The translations under genes and the position numbers were made by a program. This document shows, in pieces, positions 1 through 7,888 of a stretch of DNA of 64,000 nt. Source of the stretch: Lentisphaeria bacterium (GTDB lineage Bacteria; Verrucomicrobiota; Lentisphaeria; JABSQK01; JAWLHB01); NCBI GenBank assembly GCA_041690595.1, contig JAWLHB010000032.1:1-64000 (forward strand), read 5' to 3'. Each line of letters begins with the position of its first letter. Within the stretch, counting starts at the first letter, position 1. The notes beneath the pieces are model-generated. The model made no database searches, was not told the origin of the DNA, and saw only the letters and a program-made list of their open reading frames with translations.

Positions 1-100
1 CCAAGCGCCGAAAAGTATTCGGAGGATCACGGAGATCCAAAAGTGAGGTGAACTTATTTCCGCAGAAATGCCCACAAGCGGCAAATTTTTAACACGCCAC

Positions 101-165
101 GTCCGACCCGTCAGACCCCGATCCGTCCCGATCTGTCCGATTCGCCAGATCCGTCCATACCGTCT
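101..165. repeat. Degenerate copy of the 9-bp-periodic element (gtccgaccc/ccgatccgtc/gccagatcc)
   Basis: Same units and order as the elements at 447-580 and 2303-2421, with substitutions. Confidence 0.7.
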
Positions 166-188
166 CCTTTCGCCCCCTTGCCACGACG

Positions 189-207
189 GGGCTACGTCCC
201 ATAGCCC
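189..207. repeat. Short REP-like palindrome at the truncation point of copy D
   Basis: GGGCTA-cgtccca-TAGCCC inverted repeat immediately after pilin homology ends. Confidence 0.45.
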
Positions 208-446
208 AGGGTTGTAGCCGTCAAAGTCGCCGCTATACATCAGCAGCGCCAGCCCGAAGCACTTCATATTTCCCGCGCAGTTCACCCTCCTCGCTTTCTC
301 CCGCGCCACCCCCAGCACCGGCACCATGACTGCAAACACCAGCACAACCACTGCCACCACCACCATCAACTCCGGCAAGGTGAAACCAACTGCGCGCTTT
401 CTCGTTTTCATCATGACCGCCTCCAGCCGATTGAAATGAATGCCCT

Positions 447-580
447 CAACCCAGGGACAGGCAACCCAGGGACAGGTACTTCACAGGCACCGACCCGTCC
501 GACTCGTCCGACTCGTCCGACTCGTCCGACTCGTCCGACCCCGATCCGTCCGATCCGCCAGATCCGCCATACCGTCCATA
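447..580. repeat. Composite repeat element: 15-bp tandem duplication (caacccagggacagg x2) + tacttcacaggcacc + (cgactcgtc)x4 + (gatccgcca)x2
   Basis: Read directly; near-identical to 2303-2421. Confidence 0.9.
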
Positions 581-598
581 GCCCCCCTTCCACTAACC

Positions 599-1108
599 TC
601 AGTCATTGACCAGCCACGGCTTGCTGCCCGGCTTCCCCCCTTCCACGTGTCCATCAACCATCAGGACGTTCACCCAATCCTTCTTTTTCGGGTGGTTGCC
701 CAACTCATCATAAGCGAGGGAGACGGAGGTCGCCTGCGCATTGTCGTCCTTCAGCCCCGAACCAATGTAACGGTAGGCACTGTTGGAGCAGAGCGTCAGC
801 ACCTCGCCGCGCGCCGGGCACGACCACACTTTGCCATCCTGGATGTAGTTGCGGATGGTGAGCGGTTCGAAGTTGCCATGACGCGGAGAGTTGGCATTCA
901 CATTGACGAAGTAGCTCTCATGATCTTCGGAATACATCAGCAGCGCCATCCCGACCTGCTTCAGGTTTCCCGCGCAATTGACCCGCCTTGCATCGGGCGA
1001 ACGGCGCGGCACCAACGGCATCAGGATGCCAATCGCCACCACGATCACCACCGCCAGCAACAGCATCTCCGGAAAGGTGAAACCATCTCGATTCAGTCTC
1101 GCTTTCAT
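599..1108 (-). CDS. Prepilin-type N-terminal cleavage / H-X9-DG-type (DUF1559-like) protein, array copy A
   Basis: DG|FTFPEMLLLAVVIVVAIGILMP hydrophobic helix, ARRVNCAGNLKQVGMALLMY, WSCP, C-terminal NH..WVNVLMVDGHVE. Start chosen at ATG 1108 after GAGG; ORF extends to 1135. Confidence 0.85.
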   Translation of the reverse strand: MKARLNRDGFTFPEMLLLAVVIVVAIGILMPLVPRRSPDARRVNCAGNLKQVGMALLMYSEDHESYFVNVNANSPRHGNFEPLTIRNYIQDGKVWSCPARGEVLTLCSNSAYRYIGSGLKDDNAQATSVSLAYDELGNHPKKKDWVNVLMVDGHVEGGKPGSKPWLVND

Positions 1109-1146
1109 CTCAACCTCGTCTCGTTGCGGATTCATGTTACTGGTAC

Positions 1147-1656
1147 TCAGTCATTGACCATCGACGCTCTGCTGCCTGGCCGCCCTCCTTCCGCATGGCC
1201 ATCGATCATCAGGATGTTCATCCAGCGGTTCTCCGGATGATTGCCCCGCTCATCATAGGCAAGCGACGAGGATTTCGCACGCGCATTGTCATCCTTCAGC
1301 CCCGAGCCAATGTAGCGGTAGGCACTGTTGGCGCAGAGCGTCAACACCACGCTACGCGACGGACACGCCCACACCTTGCCGTCCTGACAATAATTGGCGC
1401 CAGCTATCGGCTCGAAATTCCCATGCCGCGGAGAGTTGCCATTCACATTGACGAAGTAGCCGTCAAAGTCTCCAGAGTACATCAACAGCGCAAGTCCCAT
1501 GCTCTTCAGATTTCCCGCGCAGTTGACGCGCCTCGCTTTCTCCCGCGCCACCCCCAGCACCGGCAGCATGACGCCAAATACCAGCACAATCACGGCCACC
1601 ACCACCATCAACTCCGGCAAGGTGAAACCAACTCGATTCAGTCTCGCTTTCATCAT
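1147..1656 (-). CDS. Prepilin-type / H-X9-DG-type protein, array copy B
   Basis: VG|FTLPELMVVVAVIVLVFGVMLPVLGVAREKARRVNCAGNLKSMGLALLMY...NHPENRWMNILMIDGHAE. Start at ATG 1656/1653 after GAGG. Confidence 0.85.
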   Translation of the reverse strand: MMKARLNRVGFTLPELMVVVAVIVLVFGVMLPVLGVAREKARRVNCAGNLKSMGLALLMYSGDFDGYFVNVNGNSPRHGNFEPIAGANYCQDGKVWACPSRSVVLTLCANSAYRYIGSGLKDDNARAKSSSLAYDERGNHPENRWMNILMIDGHAEGGRPGSRASMVND

Positions 1657-1686
1657 GACCTCGTCTCGTTGCGGATTCATGTAACT

Positions 1687-1734
1687 GTCCGACCCGTCCG
1701 ACTCGTCCGACCTCGTCATACCCCGATCTGTCCG
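1687..1734. repeat. Short/degenerate copy of the 9-bp-periodic element
   Basis: gtc cgacccgtc cgactcgtc cgacc...ccccgatctgtccg between copies C and B. Confidence 0.75.
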
Positions 1735-1751
1735 CCCCCCTTCCACTAACC

Positions 1752-2267
1752 TCAGTCATTGACCAGCCACGGCTTGCTGCCTGGCTTCCCTCCTTCCACG
1801 TGTCCATCAACCATCAGGACGTTCATCCAGGTATTCCTCCTCTTTTGGTGATTACCTGCCTCATCATAAGCCAGGGAGACGGAGGTCGCCTGCGCATTGT
1901 CGTCCTTCAGCCCCGAACCAATGTAACGGTAGGCACTGTTGGAGCAGAGCGTCAACACCTCGCTACGCGAGGGACATGCCCACACTTTACCCTCCAGGAT
2001 GTACTTGCCCATGGCCAGCGGTTCGAAGTTGCCATGGCGCGGAGAGTTGGCATTCGCATTGACGAAGTAGCCGTCATGATTTCCAGAATACATCAGCAGC
2101 GCCATCCCGACCTGCTTCAGGTTCCCCGCGCAATTGACGCGCCGCGCCTTCTCGCGCGGTAAGCGCTGCACCGGCAACAGAAGGACAATCGCAAACACAA
2201 TCACGCCGATCAGCACCAGCACCTCCGGCAACGTCAAACGGTTCCGATCCATTTTCGCTTTCATCAT
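1752..2267 (-). CDS. Prepilin-type / H-X9-DG-type protein, array copy C (cleavage site altered: NR|LTLPE)
   Basis: Same core as copy A (NLKQVGMALLMY...VDGHVEGGKPGSKPWLVND); GGAGGAG before ATG. Confidence 0.85.
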   Translation of the reverse strand: MMKAKMDRNRLTLPEVLVLIGVIVFAIVLLLPVQRLPREKARRVNCAGNLKQVGMALLMYSGNHDGYFVNANANSPRHGNFEPLAMGKYILEGKVWACPSRSEVLTLCSNSAYRYIGSGLKDDNAQATSVSLAYDEAGNHQKRRNTWMNVLMVDGHVEGGKPGSKPWLVND

Positions 2268-2302
2268 CTCCTCCGCTTGCTTCTAACTTTTACAAACAAA
2301 CA

Positions 2303-2421
2303 CAACCTGGGAACAGGTACTTCACAGGCACCGCCCCCCCGCGACCCGTCCGACTCGTCCGACTCGTCCGACTCGTCCGACCCCGATCCGTCCGATCCGC
2401 CAGATCCGCCAGATCCGCCAG
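2303..2421. repeat. Composite repeat element: caacctgggaacaggtacttcacaggcacc + (cgactcgtc)x3 + (gatccgcca)x3
   Basis: Read directly; unit copy numbers differ from 447-580. Confidence 0.9.
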
Positions 2422-2471
2422 ACCAGCATCTCCGGCAACGTGAAACCATTCCGATGCATCCTCGTTTTCAT
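2322..2471 (-). pseudogene. Leader-only prepilin fragment (copy E) fused in frame to the repeat element
   Basis: GGAGG, then MKTRMHRNG|FTLPEMLV followed directly by WRIWRIWRIGRIGVGRVGRVGRVGRVAGGRCL*. Confidence 0.65.
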
Positions 2472-2621
2472 CGCGACCTCCGCCTTGCTGTGGGTTGACG
2501 TACGAACTTTCACAAACTCCCGATACTTCACTATTAGCTTTCAAATACTTCTTTTCAAATGTATTTTCTATTTTCATGGATCTTTTGCCCAAGATACCCG
2601 TCAAACAGTAGAAGCAACAGT

Positions 2622-2649
2622 TTGCAATTTGCTGAGACTCCACGATAAT
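2622..2649 (+). promoter_or_regulatory. Putative sigma70 promoter for the HTH-serS unit
   Basis: TTGCAA-16 bp-GATAAT within an AT-rich divergent intergenic region (~2500-2680). Confidence 0.4.
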
Positions 2650-2683
2650 AAGACTAGCAACCTGAACGCACGAGGAGAGCATC

Positions 2684-3169
2684 ATGGCCTGGGAAAAACC
2701 AAACTGGATGTCCATCAAGGACGCCGCCGACTACCTGAGCGTCGGCGAGCCCACCATCTATCGCTGGATGCGCGATGGCCGTATTACCTTCCGCAAAGTC
2801 GGGGACAGCACCCGCTTCCTGCAGCAGGATCTCGATGCCATGGTGGAACTCCACCCCAGCGAGAAAGATGCACAGATCGTCCGCCAGCTCTGCCCCGTCT
2901 GTCATCATGACGGATTGGCCGAAGGCCGCATCCAGAGCACCGGTCTCATCTACTTCCGCCCCGACCACAAGAAAACACGCTTCTGGACCTATCTCGACGC
3001 CAATGTGCCCCTCCAGGCGCGCATGTGCACCCAGTGCGGCGCCATCTCCCTCTTTGGCGATACCGATAAATTGCAGAAATTGCAGGTGGACAAAGCCGCG
3101 GCTGCGAGCGAAGGTACCAGTCACGAGCCACTACCCGAAGATGTAACGGATGGGAAGACCACCGCATGA
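2684..3169 (+). CDS. Excisionase-family (HTH_17) DNA-binding protein with C-terminal C4 zinc ribbon
   Basis: WMSIKDAADYLSVGEPTIYRWMRDGRITFRKVGDSTRF is a classic xis-like HTH; CPVC...CTQCG; GAGGAG RBS; ATGA overlap with serS. Confidence 0.8.
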   Translation: MAWEKPNWMSIKDAADYLSVGEPTIYRWMRDGRITFRKVGDSTRFLQQDLDAMVELHPSEKDAQIVRQLCPVCHHDGLAEGRIQSTGLIYFRPDHKKTRFWTYLDANVPLQARMCTQCGAISLFGDTDKLQKLQVDKAAAASEGTSHEPLPEDVTDGKTTA

Positions 3170-4404
3170 TTGATGTCAAGATCCTCCGCAATGACCCCGA
3201 ACGCGTCAAAGCCAATTGCGCCCGCCGCGGCACCAACGTCGACATCGACGCCCTCTACCAGAGCGACCAGCGATGGCTCCAACTCATCCAACAGATCGAG
3301 GACATGCGCGCCGAGCGCAACCGCGTCTCCAAGGATTGCCGAGACAATCCCGAAGCCCGCGAGCGAATGAAGACCCTCAAGGAAGAGCTGAAGGAAAAGG
3401 AGGCCGAAGAAAAGGAAGTCCGTGCCGCCGTCGATCAAGGTCTCTCATGGCTCCCCAACTTCCTCGCTGACGACGTCCCTGACGGTGACAGCGATCAGGA
3501 CAATGCCCATGTCAGAAGCTGGGGCGAACTCCCCACCTTCGACTTCACCCCCCTCGACCACCAGGCCATCGGCGAGAAGCTGGGCATCATCGATACCGCC
3601 CGCGGCGCCAAGGTCGCTCAAGCCGGCTTCTACTACTGGAAAGGCAAAGGCGCCCAACTCGCCCAGGCCCTCTTCTTCTGGACACAGCAGGAGCTCGTCC
3701 GCCGCGGCTTCACCCTCTTCATGTCCCCCTGCGCCGCCAAGGCCGACACCCTCTTCGGTACCGGCTACCTCCCCTTCTTTGCCGACCAGACCTATCAGCT
3801 CCAGGGCGAAGATCTTGCCCTCATCGGCACCTCCGAACAGACCCTCGTCGGTTATCATGCCGACGAAATCCTCGACGGCGATGACCTGCCGCTGCGCTAC
3901 ACGGCCTTTACCCCCTGTTTCCGCACCGAGTCAGGCAGCTACGGCAAGGAATCACGCGGCATCTTCCGCGTTCATCAGTTCCACAAGGTCGAGCAGATCA
4001 TCTTCTGCAAGCCCGAAGAATCGCCCAAATGGCATGCCCATTGTCAGGAGAACGCCGAAGCCATCTTTCAGGCCCTCGGCATCCCCTATCATGTCGTCAA
4101 CGTCTGCGTCGGTGACATGGGCGCGCCCGGCTACAAGAAGTACGATATCGAGGGCTGGTTCCCCGGCTATGGCGGCTATCGTGAACTCACCTCCAACACC
4201 AACCTCACCGACTTCCAGGCAAGGCGCCTCAAGATCCGCTACGCCGATGCACAGAACAACAAGGGCTTCGTCCACACCATATCCTCAACCGCGGTGACCG
4301 ATCGCGCTGCCTGCGCCATCCTCGAGAACTGCCAACAGGCTGACGGTACCGTGCGTGTGCCGGAGGTCCTGCGACCCTATACCGGCTTCGATATCATCGA
4401 CTGA
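3166..4404 (+). CDS. serS: Serine--tRNA ligase
   Basis: N-terminal coiled-coil arm, LIGTSEQ, motif 2 CFRTESGSYG..RGIFRVHQFHKVE, ILENCQQADGTVRVPEVLRPY. Confidence 0.95.
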   Translation: MIDVKILRNDPERVKANCARRGTNVDIDALYQSDQRWLQLIQQIEDMRAERNRVSKDCRDNPEARERMKTLKEELKEKEAEEKEVRAAVDQGLSWLPNFLADDVPDGDSDQDNAHVRSWGELPTFDFTPLDHQAIGEKLGIIDTARGAKVAQAGFYYWKGKGAQLAQALFFWTQQELVRRGFTLFMSPCAAKADTLFGTGYLPFFADQTYQLQGEDLALIGTSEQTLVGYHADEILDGDDLPLRYTAFTPCFRTESGSYGKESRGIFRVHQFHKVEQIIFCKPEESPKWHAHCQENAEAIFQALGIPYHVVNVCVGDMGAPGYKKYDIEGWFPGYGGYRELTSNTNLTDFQARRLKIRYADAQNNKGFVHTISSTAVTDRAACAILENCQQADGTVRVPEVLRPYTGFDIID

Positions 4405-4512
4405 GCAGCTCCTTGCCCACATCCGCGACGTATCTTCCGCCTCTGTCGAGACTTGCTTATGAATTCTGAGTCATGCAGATGCCGGAGATGCAAGCGCGTG
4501 CATGCACAGGCC

Positions 4513-6999
4513 ATGCGACTGTGGCGACACGCCTGCCAGCCAACCACCAGTGTCCTGCTGATCGTCCTGGCGGGTGCGACGCTGCAGATGCTGCTTATCG
4601 TCAACACCCATTCCCTGACCTTACCCGCCATGGGCCGCATGGTGACCGTGGCAGCCGGTTCCTTCCTGCTCCTCGTCGCCGCCCAGGCTTACCGCTGGCT
4701 GCGCTGGCTGGCGGCAGCCACCTTCCTGCTCATCTCCTGCGGCATGCTCGCCGTCCTGCTGTACTATCAATACTTCTTCAGCATGCCCTCCCTGACGACT
4801 CTCCGCCTGATCACTCAGGCCCCCGCTGTACGCGGAGCCATCTTCACCTTGCTGCAACCCTGGCACGCGGGCATGCTGGCCGCGATCCTCCTGGCGGCGC
4901 TCTGCTATCTTCGAAGCAGCAATCGCCGGCTGTCGCCGCGGCGGTGGGTTCAATGTGCGCTCGCTGGCCTGCTGCTCGTGATGGCCCCGCTCATGATTGC
5001 CGTCAAGGCCAGCAGGACCCTCGGCTTGGGTCCCGGCAATATCGCCATGGACCGCTTGGCCTACTCCTTCCATTTCGATCAGTCCGCTGGATTCTCCCGC
5101 TATGGCTTCATCGCGTATCTTTGGCAGAACTATCGCGATTATCGGCGCTCCGGCATGGTAGCCAGGCCACTCCCCAATCCCAACCCGCCACTCGACCCGC
5201 GGGCACCCGCGCCCCCCCTTGGCCACGCTCCCAGCATCATCCTCATACAGCTCGAAAGCTTCGACCGCAATCTCATTGGCCGTGAAGTGGACGGGCAGCC
5301 AGTCACCCCCTTCATGAACCGCCTCGCCGCCGAAGGATGGTACTGGGATAACTTCTTTGCCGTCCACGAAAAGGGAGGTAGTTCTGACGCCGAGCTAGCT
5401 TCCCTTACCGGCTTGCTGCCAGACCCGACTTCGCCCACCTTCAACCTCCGCAATCTCTCGGATCTCCCTTCCATCGCCCGCATGCTCCGATTGGCCGGAT
5501 ACCAGACCGCGGGCTTCCATGGCAATGTCGCCAGCTTCTGGCGCCGTGGTGGCGCTTACCGCGAACTGGGCTTCCACACCTTCACCGGCGGCGACGACTA
5601 CACCCCGCCCGCAAGTGGCTTCCATTCAGATGACGACGCCTTCTTCCAGCAGACGATTCCCAAACTGCAACGGCTGGCCGATAAAGGCCCCTTCTTCGCC
5701 TATCTCATCACCAATACCATGCACACCCCCTTCACCACCATACCCCCCGATCGCCTCGATAACGCCATCACCGCCCGCGATCCGCTCGTCACTGCCTATT
5801 TCCGCCATGCAAGGTATACGGACAAGGCGCTCTCCAACTTCCATGACGAGATGCGGAAGCTGGCATTCGCCGACTCCTGTGTATGGGTCCTCTATGGCGA
5901 TCATGCCAGCCGTATCGCCACCGCGGATTACTCCAGTGAGCACACCAGAGGCGAACGTGTGCCCCTGATCATCTGGAAACCCGGCACCAAGGGCCAGCGC
6001 GTGCCACTGGTTGGCTCCCACCAGGACATTGCGCCAACCCTCGCTCATCTCGCCGGTCTGCCCCCGCATCCCGCCTGGTATACCCGCTCCCTCTTTCAGT
6101 GGACTGCCGATCGCCTGATGCCCATGAGTCAGGCACATGATGGTCTCGTTCTCTCTCCGTATGGCTCCACCCCCGTTCAATCGGCAATCGATGCAAGATT
6201 GATCCGCGCCGGCATCTACAGCCAGAGCTATTATCATCATTTCGACGCCGCGCCTCCCCCCCCGGAAGAACCCTTGCGGCAGGTTGCCTACGTGGCTCAC
6301 GCCATGGGCAGTATCGACGGCGTACGCTATACCAACAGTCTGGAGGCTTTCCTGCGGAGCTATCAGCTCGGATTTCGCTATTTCGAGGTCGATTTTGCCA
6401 TCACGGCGGACGAGCAACTCCTCTGTCAGCACGACGGCGTCGAGCAATGGCTTGGCTTCGATCGCCCCTTCAGTCAGCTGCAACTGAACGAGATCAAGCG
6501 CCGACGCATCCAGAACCGCTACCAGCTGCTCGACGTCCATGACCTCCTCAAGCTCATGCAGCAGTACCCGGACATTCACATCGTCACGGATTTCAAGGAC
6601 GAGCTGCGGCGCTCCCTTCTGCTCTTGGCAAGGGCGGCCCAACTCTACGATTCACAACTTCTCGATCGCTTCGTCATACAGATCTATTCCGCCGACGACG
6701 CGAAGATGCTCGACAGCCTCGACACACACTTCCCGCGGGCTCTCTTCACCCTCTATCGCACCGGCGCCACCGATGACCAGGTCCTGGACGTCGTCACCAG
6801 CCACGAGAAGGTCCGGGGTGTAGTCATGAGCGAACAGCGCTTCTCGACGGAATTCGCGGCTCGCCTCGCCGCCATGCAGATTCCCTCCTTCGTCCATACC
6901 ATTAACGACCACGACCTGATCAACCGCTACCTCGCCGCTGGTTGCCAGGGTGTCTTCACCGACGCCCTCCATGTTGATTTCACTCGACCCGCCCCCTGA
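4513..6999 (+). CDS. LtaS/MdoB-like membrane sulfatase-family phosphoglycerol transferase fused to a C-terminal glycerophosphodiester phosphodiesterase domain
   Basis: About five N-terminal TM helices; IQLESF, GGSSDAE, TMHTPF, LYGDH, SHQDIAPTL; then VAHAMG..YTNSLEAF..FEVDFAIT..CQHD..IVTDFK..VHTIND..GVFTD (GDPD). Start uncertain (ORF opens at 4453). Confidence 0.8.
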   Translation: MRLWRHACQPTTSVLLIVLAGATLQMLLIVNTHSLTLPAMGRMVTVAAGSFLLLVAAQAYRWLRWLAAATFLLISCGMLAVLLYYQYFFSMPSLTTLRLITQAPAVRGAIFTLLQPWHAGMLAAILLAALCYLRSSNRRLSPRRWVQCALAGLLLVMAPLMIAVKASRTLGLGPGNIAMDRLAYSFHFDQSAGFSRYGFIAYLWQNYRDYRRSGMVARPLPNPNPPLDPRAPAPPLGHAPSIILIQLESFDRNLIGREVDGQPVTPFMNRLAAEGWYWDNFFAVHEKGGSSDAELASLTGLLPDPTSPTFNLRNLSDLPSIARMLRLAGYQTAGFHGNVASFWRRGGAYRELGFHTFTGGDDYTPPASGFHSDDDAFFQQTIPKLQRLADKGPFFAYLITNTMHTPFTTIPPDRLDNAITARDPLVTAYFRHARYTDKALSNFHDEMRKLAFADSCVWVLYGDHASRIATADYSSEHTRGERVPLIIWKPGTKGQRVPLVGSHQDIAPTLAHLAGLPPHPAWYTRSLFQWTADRLMPMSQAHDGLVLSPYGSTPVQSAIDARLIRAGIYSQSYYHHFDAAPPPPEEPLRQVAYVAHAMGSIDGVRYTNSLEAFLRSYQLGFRYFEVDFAITADEQLLCQHDGVEQWLGFDRPFSQLQLNEIKRRRIQNRYQLLDVHDLLKLMQQYPDIHIVTDFKDELRRSLLLLARAAQLYDSQLLDRFVIQIYSADDAKMLDSLDTHFPRALFTLYRTGATDDQVLDVVTSHEKVRGVVMSEQRFSTEFAARLAAMQIPSFVHTINDHDLINRYLAAGCQGVFTDALHVDFTRPAP

Positions 7000-7054
7000 T
7001 CCCCCTTCCGGCAGCGCACCAACCGCAAGCACCCCAGGAATTTCGCCCCGCCGC

Positions 7055-7083
7055 TTGTAGACGAGTCATCCCTTCTGTATACT
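7055..7083 (+). promoter_or_regulatory. Putative sigma70 promoter of the pilin-like gene at 7133
   Basis: TTGTAG-17 bp-TATACT, followed by ATTAA-N5-TTAAT. Confidence 0.35.
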
Positions 7084-7132
7084 TATTAAGGTTGTTAATG
7101 GATTCCGGATCACCGCTTTTTCTTCACGGAGA

Positions 7133-7870
7133 ATGATAGAGATGAAGGATCATCGTGTTGTCTCCCCCTTCACCTTGATTGAGCTTCTGGTCGTCGTGGC
7201 GATCATCGCCATCCTGGCGAGCATGCTCCTGCCGGCACTCGGCAAAGCCCGTGAACGCGCCCGCTCGGTCTCATGCACCAACAATCTCAAACAGCAATCC
7301 ACCGCCTTCGCCTTCTACGGCGATGAGAACGACGATGTGGTGCCAGGCCCACACTGGAGCCCCGACGGCGTCTACGCGCGATGGCACGCCATCCCCGCCT
7401 ACTTCACCCAGAAGGCCACCAGGTACAGCACCGCGGCCGCGCTGGCCGTCAGCAACTCCAGCCGCCCATACGGTGTCCTGCGCTGCCCCTCGGACGGCAC
7501 CGTCTGGAACGGCTACCGCTACTTCAACTACGGCTACAATGGCGTCTACACCGCCGAAACGGCTGGCTCCGCCGTAGGCATGGATAAACGACGGCTTTCC
7601 AGCGTCAGCCGCTCCAGCGATGTCATGATCGTCGGTGACGGCATAAGCAATGTGTATGGTGGAGATGGCAGTTCCTTTCGCATCAACAACATCAACCCTG
7701 GCATCTACACCCCAGCGCTGGTGCTTCAGCTTATCCGCCATCCAGGAAACACCGCCAACTTCGCCTTCGTCGATGGGCATGTCGATGCCCGAAGCTCTAC
7801 CTTTCTCATCGGCGAGCTGGCCAAGGGCGGGTCGGGAAGCATCTTCTGGGACCAGCCACAGAAGTACTGA
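7133..7870 (+). CDS. Prepilin-type N-terminal cleavage / H-X9-DG (DUF1559-like) protein
   Basis: [69 protein letters not shown]. Confidence 0.9.
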   Translation: MIEMKDHRVVSPFTLIELLVVVAIIAILASMLLPALGKARERARSVSCTNNLKQQSTAFAFYGDENDDVVPGPHWSPDGVYARWHAIPAYFTQKATRYSTAAALAVSNSSRPYGVLRCPSDGTVWNGYRYFNYGYNGVYTAETAGSAVGMDKRRLSSVSRSSDVMIVGDGISNVYGGDGSSFRINNINPGIYTPALVLQLIRHPGNTANFAFVDGHVDARSSTFLIGELAKGGSGSIFWDQPQKY

Positions 7871-7888
7871 GCCCCAGGACAGCCACTC

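Larger units (their letters stand above)
1..414 (-). pseudogene. Truncated prepilin-type N-terminal cleavage/methylation gene (array copy D); frame stays open to the window edge
   Basis: Manual translation from ATG 414: MMKTRKRAVG|FTLPELMVVVAVVVLVFAVMVPVLGVAREKARRVNCAGNMKCFGLALLMYSGDFDGY. Homology to copy B stops at ~214 and the frame continues through a hairpin and repeat element (NPGLWDVAPSW...GRIWRIGQIG...) with no stop before base 1, so it is absent from the ORF track. Preceded by GGAGG. Confidence 0.75.

Noticed and set aside
447..580. CRISPR array interpretation of the short repeats (also 2303-2421 and 31974-32111)
   Set aside because: Units are contiguous 9-, 21- or 24-bp tandems with no unique spacers, and there are no cas genes in the window.
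411..593. 60-aa ORF, and the similar ORFs 2264-2449, 2277-2498 and 2290-2718
   Set aside because: They are translations of the stop-free 9-bp repeat element or the AT-rich spacer, with no recognisable domain.
599..2267. Diversity-generating retroelement (TR/VR) explanation for the near-identical pilin copies
   Set aside because: Differences inspected between copies A and C include C/T and G/C changes and indels rather than one-way adenine substitutions, and no reverse transcriptase is present in the window. A remote DGR cannot be excluded.
2684..3169. Prophage or ICE implied by the excisionase-like gene
   Set aside because: No integrase, att duplication or phage genes seen; the gene is coupled to housekeeping serS.
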